A DNA stretch of 64,000 nt from Mobula hypostoma (taxonomy: Eukaryota). Shown piece by piece: positions 1 through 10,876 of the stretch. Each line of letters begins with the position of its first letter. Within the stretch, counting starts at the first letter, position 1. Below the pieces are notes generated by a model. That model was not told where the DNA came from. It made no database searches and saw nothing but the letters and a program-made list of their open reading frames with translations. The translations under genes and the position numbers were made by a program. The stretch is taken from assembly GCF_963921235.1 (NCBI RefSeq), contig NC_086097.1, positions 175,958,001 through 176,022,000 on the forward strand, in the 5' to 3' direction.

Positions 1-380
1 TTAGGGAACAGTGTCTCAGAAAGGCAGTGCCCATTATTAAGGACCTCCAGCACCCAGGGCATGCCCTTTTCTCACTGTTACCATCAGGTAGGAGGTACAG
101 AAGCCTGAAGGCACACAGCAACTCAGGAACAGCTTCTTCCCCTCTGCCATCCAATTCTTAAATGGACATTGAAGCTTTGGACACTACCTCACTGTTTTTT
201 TTTTAAATATACAGTATTTCTGTTCATGCACTTTTTGAATCTATTCAATATACGTAATTGATTTACTATGTTTTATTTATTGTTATTTTTTTCTCTGCTA
301 GATTACGTATTGCATTGAACTGCTGCTGCTAAGTTAACAAATTTCACGTCACATGCCGGTGATAATAAACCTGATTCTGG
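1..380 (+). mobile_element. Rex1/Babar-like LINE 3' end remnant
   Basis: caggtaggaggtacagaagcctgaag...aggaacagcttcttccc...gataataaacctgattctg tail shared with many copies. Confidence 0.65.
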
Positions 381-384
381 TCAT

Positions 385-1495
385 CTGCATGGATCTATGG
401 AGTTACAGGGCAGATACTGGCATGGATAGAAGAATGACTGACAGGCAGGAGGCAGCAAATGGGAATAAAGGGGGCTTTTTCTGGTTGGCTACCAGTGACT
501 AGTGGTGTTCCTCAGGGGTCAGTTTTGGACAACTACTTTTCACATCGTTTGTCAATGATTTAGATCATGGAATTGATGACTTTGTGGCAAAGTTTGTGGA
601 GGATACAAAGATAGGCAGAGGGGTAGGTAGTGCTAAGGAAGCAATGCAATTGCAGCAGGACTTTGACAAATTGGAAGAATGGGCAAAAATGTGGCAGATG
701 GAATACAGTGTTGGGAAATGTATAATAATGGATTTTGGTTGAAAAAAAAAGTGCAGACTATATCTAAATATGGAGAAAATTCAAACAAAGGTGCGAGGGG
801 ACTTGGGAGTCCTCGTGCAAGACTCCCAGGTTAATTTACAGGTTGACCCTGTGGTAAAGGTGGCAAATGCAATGTTGGCATTTATTTCAAGGAGAATAGA
901 ATATAAAAGAAAGGAGATAATGCTGAGGCTTTTATAAGGCATTAGTCAGACCACACTTGGAATATTATCAACAGTTTTGTGCCCCATATCTCAGAAAGGA
1001 TACGTTGTCATTGGAGAGAGTCCAGAGGAGGTTCACGAGGATGACTGACAAGAGGAGCATTTGATAGCTTTGAGCCTTGACTCACAGGAATTTAGAAGAA
1101 TGTGGGGGGGGGGGGAAGGGGTGAATCTCACTGAAGCATACTGAATGTTGAAAGGACTAGATAAGGTGGATGTTGAGAGGTGGTTTCCTATGGTGGGGGG
1201 GGGGTATTATGGTGGAGGGCACAGCGTCAAAATCGAGGGATGACCTGTTAGAACAGAGGCGAGGAGGAATATTTTCAGTCAGAGTAGTGAATCTGTAAAA
1301 TGCTCTACCACAGGCTGCAGTGGAGACCAAATTGGTGGGTATACTTAAAGCAAAAATTGATAGTTTCCTGATTGGTCAGGGCTTCAAAGGGTATGGCAAG
1401 AAGGCAGGTGTATGGGGTTGAGTGCGATCTAGAATCAGGGAATGGTGGAGCAGACTTGATGAGCTGAATGGCCTAATTCTGCTCCTATGTTTTAT
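385..1495 (+). mobile_element. Degenerate CR1 LINE (RT to 3' end)
   Basis: Remnants of VTSGVPQGSV, KFxDDTK and PHLEY; CR1 3' UTR. Confidence 0.8.
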
Positions 1496-2014
1496 GGATG
1501 GCATTGTGTTTGGCAGACATTTTGAGCCGAAGGATCTGACCCTGTCCGGTACTGCTTTATGTTCTTTCTTCTGTGTTATTGTGCATGTAAATAAGTTTGC
1601 ATAGATTTTGAAGGTCACCAAAATCTTTCACAAACTTCGATAGATGCACAGTGGAGAGCAACTTAACTGGTTTCATCATGGCTTATTAAGGAAATGCCTA
1701 TGCCTAGGAATGGAAAAGGTTACAGAATGTGATGGACAGCTTAGTCCATCACAAAGCCCTCCCTATGTGAGTACATTTACATGGAGAATTGCTATAATAG
1801 AGCAGTATCCATCAAAAACCACTGAAGACTCTCACCTTCCAGGTCATGCTCTCTTCTCACACCATTGAGAAAGTACAGATGCCTCAGGTCCCACACCATC
1901 AGGTCCAGGAACAGTTATTAACCTACAACCATCAGGTTCCTGAATCGATCTGGATAAATTCATTCACCACAACTCTTAACTGTGTCTATGACCTACTGAC
2001 TTACTTTCAAGGAC

Positions 2015-3016
2015 TCAAGTCAAGTCACTTTTTATTGTCATTTTGACCATAACTGCTAGTACAGTACACAGTAAAAACAAGACAATGTTTTTCAGGACCA
2101 TGATGCTACATGAACAATACAAAAACTACACTGAACTACGTAAAACAACACAAAACTACACCAGACTACGCACCTACCCAGGACTGCATCAAGTGCACAA
2201 AACAGTGCAGGCATTACAATAAATAATAAACAAGACAATAGGCACAGTAGAGGGCAGTAGGTTGGTGTCAGTCCAGGCTCTGATGGCTTGGGGGAAGAAA
2301 CTGTTAAATAGTCTGGTCGTGAGGGCCCGAATACTTCGGTGCCTTTTGCCAGATGGCAGGAAGGAGAGAGTTTGTATGAGGGGTGCGTGGGGTTCTTCAT
2401 AATGTTGTTTGCTTTACGGATGCAGTTGTGTGGTGTAAATATCTGTAATGGTGGGTAGAGAGACCCCGATGATCTTCTCAGCTGACCTCACTATCCGCTG
2501 CAGGGTCTTGCGATCCGAGATGGTGCAATTTCCAAACCAGGCAGTGATGCAGCTGCTCAGGATGCTCTCGATACATTCTCTGTAGAATGTGGTGAGGATG
2601 GGGGGTGGGAGATGGACTTTTCTCAGACTTTGCAGAAAGTAGAGACGCTGTTGGGCTTTCTTGGCTATGGAGCTGGTGTTGAGGGACCAGGTAAGATTCT
2701 CCGCCAGGTGAACACCAAGAAGTTTGGTGCTCTTAACGATCTCAACGGAGGAGCCGTCAATGTTCAGCGGAGAGTGGTCGTCCCGTGCCCTCGTGAAGTC
2801 AACAACCATCTCTTTTGTTTTGTTCACATTCAGAGACAGGTTGTTGGCTCTGCACCAGTCCGTTAGCCGCTGCACCGCCTCTCTGTATGCTGACTCATCG
2901 TTCTTGCTGATGAGACCCACCACGGTCGTGTCATCGGTGAACTTGATGATGTGGTTTGAGCTGTGTGTTGCAGCACAGTCGTGGGTCAGCAGAGTGAACA
3001 GCAGTGGACTGAGCAC
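2015..3016 (-). mobile_element. Young 5'-truncated Rex1/Babar-like LINE nested in an older + strand copy (about 1590-3168)
   Basis: ORF 2414-3016 LSPLLF...KFTDDTT...WCRANNLSLNVNKTKEM...KKAQQRLYFL; tail aataaaaagtgacttgacttga. Confidence 0.88.
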
Positions 3017-3225
3017 TCTTTACTACTTACGTTCTCAATATTATTTTTTATATTTGCAGTCTGTCTTCTTATACACATTGGTAAGTTTTTGTTTATATAT
3101 AGTTTTTTTTGGTAAACTCTATTGTATTTCTTTATTTTTCCTGTAAATGTCTGCAAGAAAATGAATCACTAGGACTCACACATTTGGTCCAGACCAATAA
3201 ATACCTGGACTCTTTCATCTCTCAC

Positions 3226-3419
3226 CTTTGTCTTTAACAGGATATTGACCGCCCATATTTCTCCACTGTTGACATCAGTCATCCACACTGTAAACTTGCG
3301 TGTTGAATCAATATTTTCAGCCCGAGTGGCAGTTACGGATCCATCTAGATGAACTTCAAAGCTGCCGTCACTGGTGTTTAGCCTGATGTTTCTCTCCAAA
3401 CTGCAGTCATGAAGTGGTA
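3226..3419 (-). CDS. Desmocollin-like exon 3 (cadherin prodomain): VPLHDCSLERNIRLNTSDGSFEVHLDGSV...EIWAVNILLKTK
   Basis: gtccag| acceptor, AAG|gtgaga donor, 194 nt, phase 1 to 0; SDxxFxVxxDGSV motif; ends ...TK like DSC exon 3. Confidence 0.88.
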
Positions 3420-3818
3420 CTGGACATGGGGAAACAAAGCAAATTCGCCATCAGTCATGCACACAATCATCCAACACACCAAACAAAGGAGAACCTCTCA
3501 AGCTGGGTTAAGTTCACCAACAGCTCGTTCTGGTACAATCACATCGACACAGCAGTCAAGGAGGCACATTGGTACTGGCATTCAGTATTGTTCCCAGTGT
3601 TCCTCACTGATTTTCACAGATGCACTGGAGGAAGCATCCGCAGAAGGCTACAGAAATTTAGCATACTCCCTCTGACACTTACAACTTTTATCAAGGCACC
3701 ATGCAAAGTATTCTACCTGGACTGCTAACTGCTTGGTATGACAACTGCTCTGCACGTGACCACAGGAAACTGTGGACACAACTCAGCACATCACAGAAAG
3801 CAGTCTCCCCTCCAAGCA

Positions 3819-3912
3819 ACACACATCAAAGTTGCTGGTGAACGCAGCAGGCTAGGCAGCATCTATAGGAAGAGGCGCAGTCGATGTTTCAGGCCGAGAC
3901 CCTTCGTCAGGA
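3819..3912 (-). mobile_element. Short Penelope-derived element with hammerhead ribozyme, copy 1
   Basis: Direct repeat CTCCAAGCA at 3810-3818 and 3913-3921; near-identical to the copies at 10735 and 55267. Confidence 0.85.
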
Positions 3913-4254
3913 CTCCAAGCACTCAATCTATACATCTCACTACCTCAGTAAAGCAGCCAGCATAATCAAAGACCTCACCCACCCTGGATAATCCCTCCTC
4001 CCTCCCTCTTCCATTGAGAAGACAATACAAAGCACACACTATTAGGCTCAAGGACAGCTTCCATCTCACTGTTACCACACTCTTGAACGGATCTCTGGTA
4101 TAGCAAGACGGACACTTGGCCTCACAATCTATATTGTTAAGGTCTTGCAATTTATTGTTTATCTGCATTGCCTTTTTCTCAATAGCTTTTTCACTTTATT
4201 CTATGTTGTTACTGCTTTACTGTGCTCTAGCTCAGTGCACTGTGTGCTTTACCC

Positions 4255-4790
4255 AAGACTGCAAGATACTACAGCAGACACACACACACACACAAAAACT
4301 CAGCAGGTCAGGCAGCATCCATGGAAATGAATGGACAGCTAACATTTTGGGCCAAGACCTTTCTTCAGGACTGAGAAAGAAGGGGGAAGATGCCAGAATG
4401 AAAAGGTGGGCAAGGGGAAGGAGACTAGCTGGAAGGTGACAGGCCAGGCCAGGTGGGTGCAAAAGGTCAAGAGCTGAGAAGAAGTGATCTGGTAGGAAAG
4501 TAGAATGGACCATAGGTGAAAAGAAAGAAAGAAGAGACCCAGGGGAAGTAATAGGCAGGTGAGAAGAGGTAAAAGGTTGGAGTGGGGAATGGGGGTGGGG
4601 GGTGGGGCGCAGAGAGGAGAAATCAATATACATGCCATCAGGTTGGAGCCTGCCCAGATGGAATATAAGGCTTTGCTTCTCCATCCTGAGGGTGACCTCA
4701 TCTTGGTACAAGAGGAGGCCATGGACCGACACATCAGAACAGAAATGGAAAAAAAAAATCAGAATTCCCATACTACAGGGAGTTGTGGAA
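4255..4790 (-). mobile_element. Penelope-like element remnant: GIY-YIG endonuclease C-terminus plus terminal repeat
   Basis: ...RMEKQSLIFHLGRLQPDGMYIDFS followed by a decayed hammerhead (gtcctgaagaaaggtcttggcccaaaatgtt) and the gatgctgcctgacctgctgag block. Confidence 0.8.
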
Positions 4791-6058
4791 GCAGACTGTC
4801 TACTGCATACATCAATCTCCCATTTATTATCTGTCTACACTTTCTGCTACTCCAGGAAAGCAGCCAACATACTCAAAGGCACCACCCACCTTCGTCATTC
4901 TCTCTTCTCCCGTCAGGTAGAAAATGCAAATATTTGAAAACACACTACCAGGTTCAAGGACAGCTTCTACTCTGCTGTTAAAGACTTGAACAGATATCTT
5001 GTATGCAAAAGATGTGCACCCAATCTCTCAATTTACGTTGCCCCTGTTGTCTGCCTCAATTGTACTTACTCTGTAATCATAACACCATATCCCAATATTG
5101 CTTTTCTCACAGTACTAAAGCAGCTGGCAAACCCATCCCCACCCATGCTGCTGATATCCCAACCATTCATTCATTCATCATGCTCAGGATGTCCAGAGTC
5201 AGATGTTTGTAACCCAAGGAGAACCTGTGAAATTATTTCTCTTCTTGTTACTAACTGAGCACTTCCTGAAGCTCTGCTCATGTCTTCATACATCCCTTTC
5301 CACATGGCTCCCTGACACTGTGGGTAATACTTTTATTTATGTTTGTACAAGTGGAAACCTTCACAGATTCACACAGCCTGGAAACTGGGCCCTTTGGGCC
5401 AACTGGCCCACGCCAATATAGGTGTCCCATCAAAGCCAACTCCATTGCCAGCATTTGGCCCATAACCTTCTCTTCTTTTCAAATCTGTGTGCCTATTGAA
5501 ATGCAATTTAAATGTTGTAATCACACCTGCCTCAGTCACCTCATCTTACATACATTTGAGTAAAAATGTTGCTTAAGTTCCTATTAAATTTCTCCCCTTT
5601 TAAAATTATGCCTTAAGTCTATGTCCTCTAGAACCTATGTTGTCTAGCACTTGATTCCCTAAACTTGAGAGAAAGACAAAGTGCATTCACCCTATCTAGG
5701 AACTTGGTGATTTAATGCACCTCTACAAGATTTTTTCAGGGTCTCCGACACCCCAAAGAACAAATTCCAAGCCTGTACAACTTCTTCCATTACTCAGTCT
5801 CACAAGTCCTGGCAACCTGCTTGTTAATTTTTTTCTGCACTTTTTCCAGTTTAATAACATTTTCCTGCGGCAGGGTAAACACCACTGAACACAGTACTCT
5901 AAGTGAACTTCTCCATCTTCTCTGAAGATCACAAGCACGAGAATAGGGCAATTTAAAATCTAACCACAATATCAGGACCTGTGTCATCAGCATTTTATCA
6001 GAGGGTGGAGAGGCACAAATTCCATAGAAAGACAAAGAAGTCAGCATGAGTTACTCAC

Positions 6059-6161
6059 CTGTCAGAATCACTTGTCCCTTGTTAACCTGTGGCGTGACTA
6101 ATGCTTCAACATCACTTCCGAGAAAACCGCTTTGGCAACACTGTCCACCTCCATAGCATGT
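6059..6161 (-). CDS. Desmocollin-like exon 2 (cadherin prodomain): TCYGGGQCCQSGFLGSDVEALVTPQVNKGQVILT
   Basis: ttacag| acceptor, G|gtgagt donor, 103 nt, phase 0 to 1; CxxGF...GQV prodomain pattern; not in ORF track. Confidence 0.87.
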
Positions 6162-6168
6162 CTGTAAT

Positions 6169-7047
6169 AGAAACATAGAAACTTAGAAAACCTGCAGCAC
6201 AATACAGGCCCTTCGGCCCACAGAGCTGTGCCAAACATGTCCTTACCTTAGAAATTACCTAGGGTTACCCATAGCCCTCTATTTTTCTGAGCTCCATATA
6301 CCTGTCCAGGAATCTCTTGAAAGACGCTACTGTATCCGCCTCCACCACCATTGCCCGCAGCCCATTCCATGCACTCACCACTCCCTGTGTAAAAAAAACT
6401 TACCCCTGATATCTCTTCTGTACTTACTTCCAAGCACCTTAAAACTGTGCCCTCTCATGCTAGCCATTTCAGCCCTGGGAAAAAGCCTCTGACTATCCAC
6501 ACGATCAATGCCTCTCATCATCTTACACACCTCTATCAGGTCTCCTCTCATCCTCCGTCACTCCAAGGAGAAAAGGCTGAGTTCACTCAACCTATTCTCA
6601 TAAGGCATGCTCCCCAATCCAAGCAACATCCTTGTAAATCTCCTCTGCACCCTTTCTATGGTTTCCACATCCTTCATATTGTGAGGTGACCAGAACTGAG
6701 CACAGTACTCCAAGTGGAGTCTGACCAGGGTCCTATATAGCTGCAACATTACCTCTTGGCTCTTAAACTCAATCCCACAATTGATGAAGGACAATGCACC
6801 GTATGCCTCCTTAACCACAGAGTCAACCTGCACAGCAGATTCGAGTGTCCTATGTACTCGGACCCCAAGATCCCTCTGATCCTCCATACTGCCAAGAGTC
6901 TTACCATTAATACTATATTCTGTCATCATATTTGACCTACCAAAATGAACCACCCCACACTTATCTGGGTTGAACTCCACCTACCATTTCTCAGCCCAGT
7001 TCTGCATTCTATCAATGTCCCACTGTAACCTCTGACACTATCCACAC
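6169..7047 (-). mobile_element. Young 5'-truncated CR1 LINE inserted at the exon-2 acceptor
   Basis: ORF 6558-6980 MEFNPDKC..VHFGRSN...HLEYCAQFWSP; TTTCTA(A/T)G tail; TAAT at 6165-6168 and 7048-7051. Confidence 0.9.
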
Positions 7048-7069
7048 TAATGAGAGAAGACGTAAAGGA

Positions 7070-7266
7070 GACTGCAGATGCTGGAAATCTGGAGCAACAC
7101 ACAAATTCCTGGAGGAACTCAGTGGGCCAGGCAGCATCTGTGGAGGGAAATGGACAATCAATGCTTCTGGTTGAGGCCCTTTATTTAAAAAAAATATTGA
7201 CTGTCCATTTCCCTCTAAAGATGCTGCCTGACCTGTTGAGTTCCTTCAGCATCTTGTGTGTTGCTC
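7070..7266. mobile_element. Inverted pair of Penelope terminal-repeat fragments (hairpin, arms about 70 bp)
   Basis: 7092-7162 is the approximate reverse complement of 7197-7266. Confidence 0.8.
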
Positions 7267-7557
7267 AAAGTTTATGCATGCCAATATTCAAAGCCTTGAA
7301 TATTCTCAGTCACTGAACATCAACTGTTCTCTGAAGTCAACGCTTTGTCACTTCAGCCAGGAGAGAGTTAAGTGAGAATCTTTTCCCCATGGTAGACATA
7401 ACAAAAACAAAATTGAGTAGGTTTAAGGTGAGGAGAGAGTTTCAAAGGGGATCCTTTACATAGAGAGTAGTTGATATTTAGTGCGTCCTGCCAGAGGAGG
7501 TGGTAGAACCAGAAACTATTATAGCTGCAAAGCATTTACATTAATACTTGTAAATAA

Positions 7558-8236
7558 GGAGGAGAAGATGGCGGCACGACGCAGTGCGCGCGGCCACTTC
7601 GGTGGTGATGTCTGTTATTTGTCAAGTAGGGGACCGTGCACACTTCTGATTTGATGGAGACAGACATGAGAGTACGGAGGAAAATCTGGAGAAACTTCTG
7701 AAATGCCCGCTTCGCTGCCGCTGCTACCATGTGGTAACCGGAATCTCCGGAGGAGAAGGCCCTGAATCCTCGGCTTTTCTTGTTTCGGTGGCTGGGCGAG
7801 GTTGAAGGCGCTCGGCAGAGGATGGCGCTCAGGAGGCTGTATCGGAGAGGCTGGTCGGAGGCTCGAAGTTTTTGGACGGATGGACTCTGTGTCGGCTGTG
7901 GTCAGGTGCTTCCAATGCATCGGCAGTTGTTGGTGCTTGGAGGTTTATGGCAGGGAGTTTCTCCCTTTGTCACCTGCTATCGGGGACTCGGGAATCGATC
8001 GACTCGGGACTTTGAGAGTCTGTTTTTACCGTGCCCATAGTCTGTTCTTTATCAAATTATGGAATTGTTTTGCACTGCTGTAACTATATGTTATAATTAT
8101 GTAGTTCTGTCAGTGTTAGTCTTTGGTTTGTCCTGTTTTTCTGTTATATCACTCTGGAGGAACATTGTATCATTTCTTAATGCATGCATGCATTTCTAAA
8201 TGACAATAAACGAGGACTGAGTGTTCTCATAATCTA
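7558..8236 (+). mobile_element. Non-coding ~680-bp retroelement with CpG-rich AAGATGGCGG head and Rex1-like tail
   Basis: Interrupts a CR1 remnant; 3' ~220 bp shared with 19212-19435; ends atgacaataaa...cataatctaa. Confidence 0.7.
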
Positions 8237-10734
8237 AAAAAAAATAGGCAAGGCATGGAACTATACGATCCTAATGCAGGAAATGAGACTACTGTAGATA
8301 GCCAAAAAGATTGGCATGGATGTGATGGCCAGAAGGGCCTCTTTCTGTGCTGTTCATCTCCACGACTATTTGCCCTCACCCTTAGAATATGTTCAGTACT
8401 GATTCTAATAAAACAAATCTTTCTTTTAATTTGGAAGATCAGAACTGTACACAGTAGATGGGTGTGGCATCTCCAGGGCTGATAACACACTCGTAAAAGT
8501 TGTCTGGGCTTGTGTTCAAAGGCTTGGACTACAGATCCATTATACAAATTCTGCCCAACCAACTGGGGGATATTCAGAAGGCTGGTTTGAGACTGACCTC
8601 CATTACTATCTGGCACATTCTCCACACCATCTTCTCATTACCACCATTAGGGAGGTGGTGCAGGAGCCTGAAGACTCATACTCGATGATTCAGGAACAGC
8701 TTTTTCCCCTCCACCACCAAATTTCTGAATGGCCCATGAACACTGCTTTGCTATTCCTCTTTTGCACTATTTATCTGTAATTAAAACTTACAATTTTATT
8801 TTTATATCTTGCACAGTACTGCTGCCACAAAACGACACATCTCACAACACGTCAGTGATAATAAACAGGATTCCAATTCACAGTACGGGTTTCTTCTTGG
8901 TGCTCTGGTTTCCTCCCACATACCAAAGACTTGCTGATTGGTAGCTAAACTGGCTAATGCAGTTGGGTGCCAGGAGGGAGTTGACAGGCATTAGAAGATC
9001 CAGAAAGTCGTACAACATAGAAATAGGCCCATCTGCCCAAGATGCATATACAAGATAGTCTCATCTGTCAGGATTTGGCCCAGATCTCCCCAAATCTTTC
9101 CTGTCCATGTACTTGTCCAAGTGCCTTTCAAATATTATTAATGTACTTGTCTCAAGCACTTCCTCAGGTAACTCCATACACTCACCAGCCGCTGTGTGAA
9201 GAAGATGCCCCTCAGGTCTATTTTAAATCTTTCTGCGATACCAATTTAAACAGCACATCTGCCTGCACATGGTCTATATCATTCCATTCCTTGTCCGTCT
9301 GTGTGTCTGAGTAAATGCCATTTAAATGTTGCCATCATATATGTTTCTTACACCTCCCCTAGAAGGGTGTTCCAGACACCTACCACTCTGTATTTCTATG
9401 TGAGTCTCTTCTGAAGTTTCCACTGTCAACTTATAGCTCTGCCCTGTCCAATGTTCTTAAAATATTGTTATTGTACCCACCTCAAATACTTCCTTTGATT
9501 GCTTGAAGTTGCCCCTTCAGGTCCCTTTTAAATCATTCCCCTCTCAGCTCAAACTTTGCCCTCTTAAGCTTGATTCCCTACCCTTGGGGAAAAAAAAGAC
9601 TATGTGCAAGTTGTATCAGTATTGTAGTGGAATAAAGGGAATTACAGAGGCATGAGAGAGGAGCTGGCCAAAATTGATTGGAAAGGAACATCGGCAGGGC
9701 TGACAGCAGAGCAGCAATGGCTAGAATTTCTGGGAGCAATTCAGAAGGTGGAGGATATATACCTCCTCTACCAAATAAAGTGGCCATTGAATGTTTCCAA
9801 GGGCTAACAGCCAAGCAACAGAGGAAAAATGGTTATGAAGGCAGACTTAAAACATTCTTGAAGCAATGCAATTTCCAGATTTTTTTTTAACAATGGTAGT
9901 GCTTGATAATAAAGGATAGAACCATAGAACCATAGAAACTACAGCACAGAAACAGGCCCTTTGGCCCTTCTTGGTTGTGCCGAACCATTTTCTGCCTAGT
10001 CCCACTGACCTGCACACGGACCATATCCCTCCATACACCTCCCATCCATGTATCTGTCCAATTTATTCTTAAATGTTAAAAAAGAACCCGCATTTACCAC
10101 CTCGTCTGGCAGCTCATTCCATACTCCCACCACTCTCTGTGTGAAGAAGCCCCCCCTAATGTTCCCTTTAAACTTTTCCCCCCTAACCCTTAACCCATGT
10201 CCTCTGGTTTTTTTCTCCCCTTGCCTCAGCGGAAAAAGCCTGCTTGCATTCACTCTATCTATACCCATCATAATTTTATATACCTCTATCAAATCTCCCC
10301 TCATTCTTCTATGCTCCAGGGAATAAAGTCCTAACCTATTCAATCTTTCTCTGTAACTGAGTTTCTCAAGTCCCGGCAACATCCTTGTAAACCTTCTCTG
10401 CACTCTTTCAACCTTATTTATATCCTTCCTGTAATTTGGTGACCAAAACTGAACACAATACTCCAGATTCGGCCTCACTAATGCCTTATACAACCTCATC
10501 ATAACATTCCAGCTCTTATACTCAATACTTTGATTAATAAAGGCCAACGTACCAAAAGCTCTCTTTATGACCCTATCTACTTGTGTCGCCACTTTTAGGG
10601 AATTTTGTATCTGTATTCCCAGATCTACTGCACTCCTCAGTGACTTACCATTAACCCTGTATGTTCTACCTTGGTTTGACCTTCCAACGTGCAATACCTC
10701 ACACTTGTCTGTATTAAACTCCATCTGCCATTTT

Positions 10735-10876
10735 CCTTCAGTTAGTCCTGACGAAGGGTCTCGGCCTGAAACGTCGACTGCGCCTCTTCCTATAGATGCT
10801 GCTTGGCCTGCTGCGTTCACCAGCAACTTTGATGTGTGTTGCTTGAATTTCCAGCATCTGCAGAATTCCTGTTGTT
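10735..10876 (+). mobile_element. Short Penelope-derived element with hammerhead ribozyme, copy 2, nested in CR1
   Basis: Target-site duplication TGCCATTTT at 10726-10734 and 10877-10885; the CR1 frame KWQMEFN is restored on removal. Confidence 0.92.
10744..10779 (+). ncRNA. Minimal type I hammerhead ribozyme
   Basis: AGTC-CTGACGA-AGG(GTCTCGG)CCT-GAAA-CG-TC^GACT: intact CUGANGA and GAAA core, stem I AGTC/GACT, stem II AGG/CCT, palindromic ACGT stem III. Confidence 0.85.
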
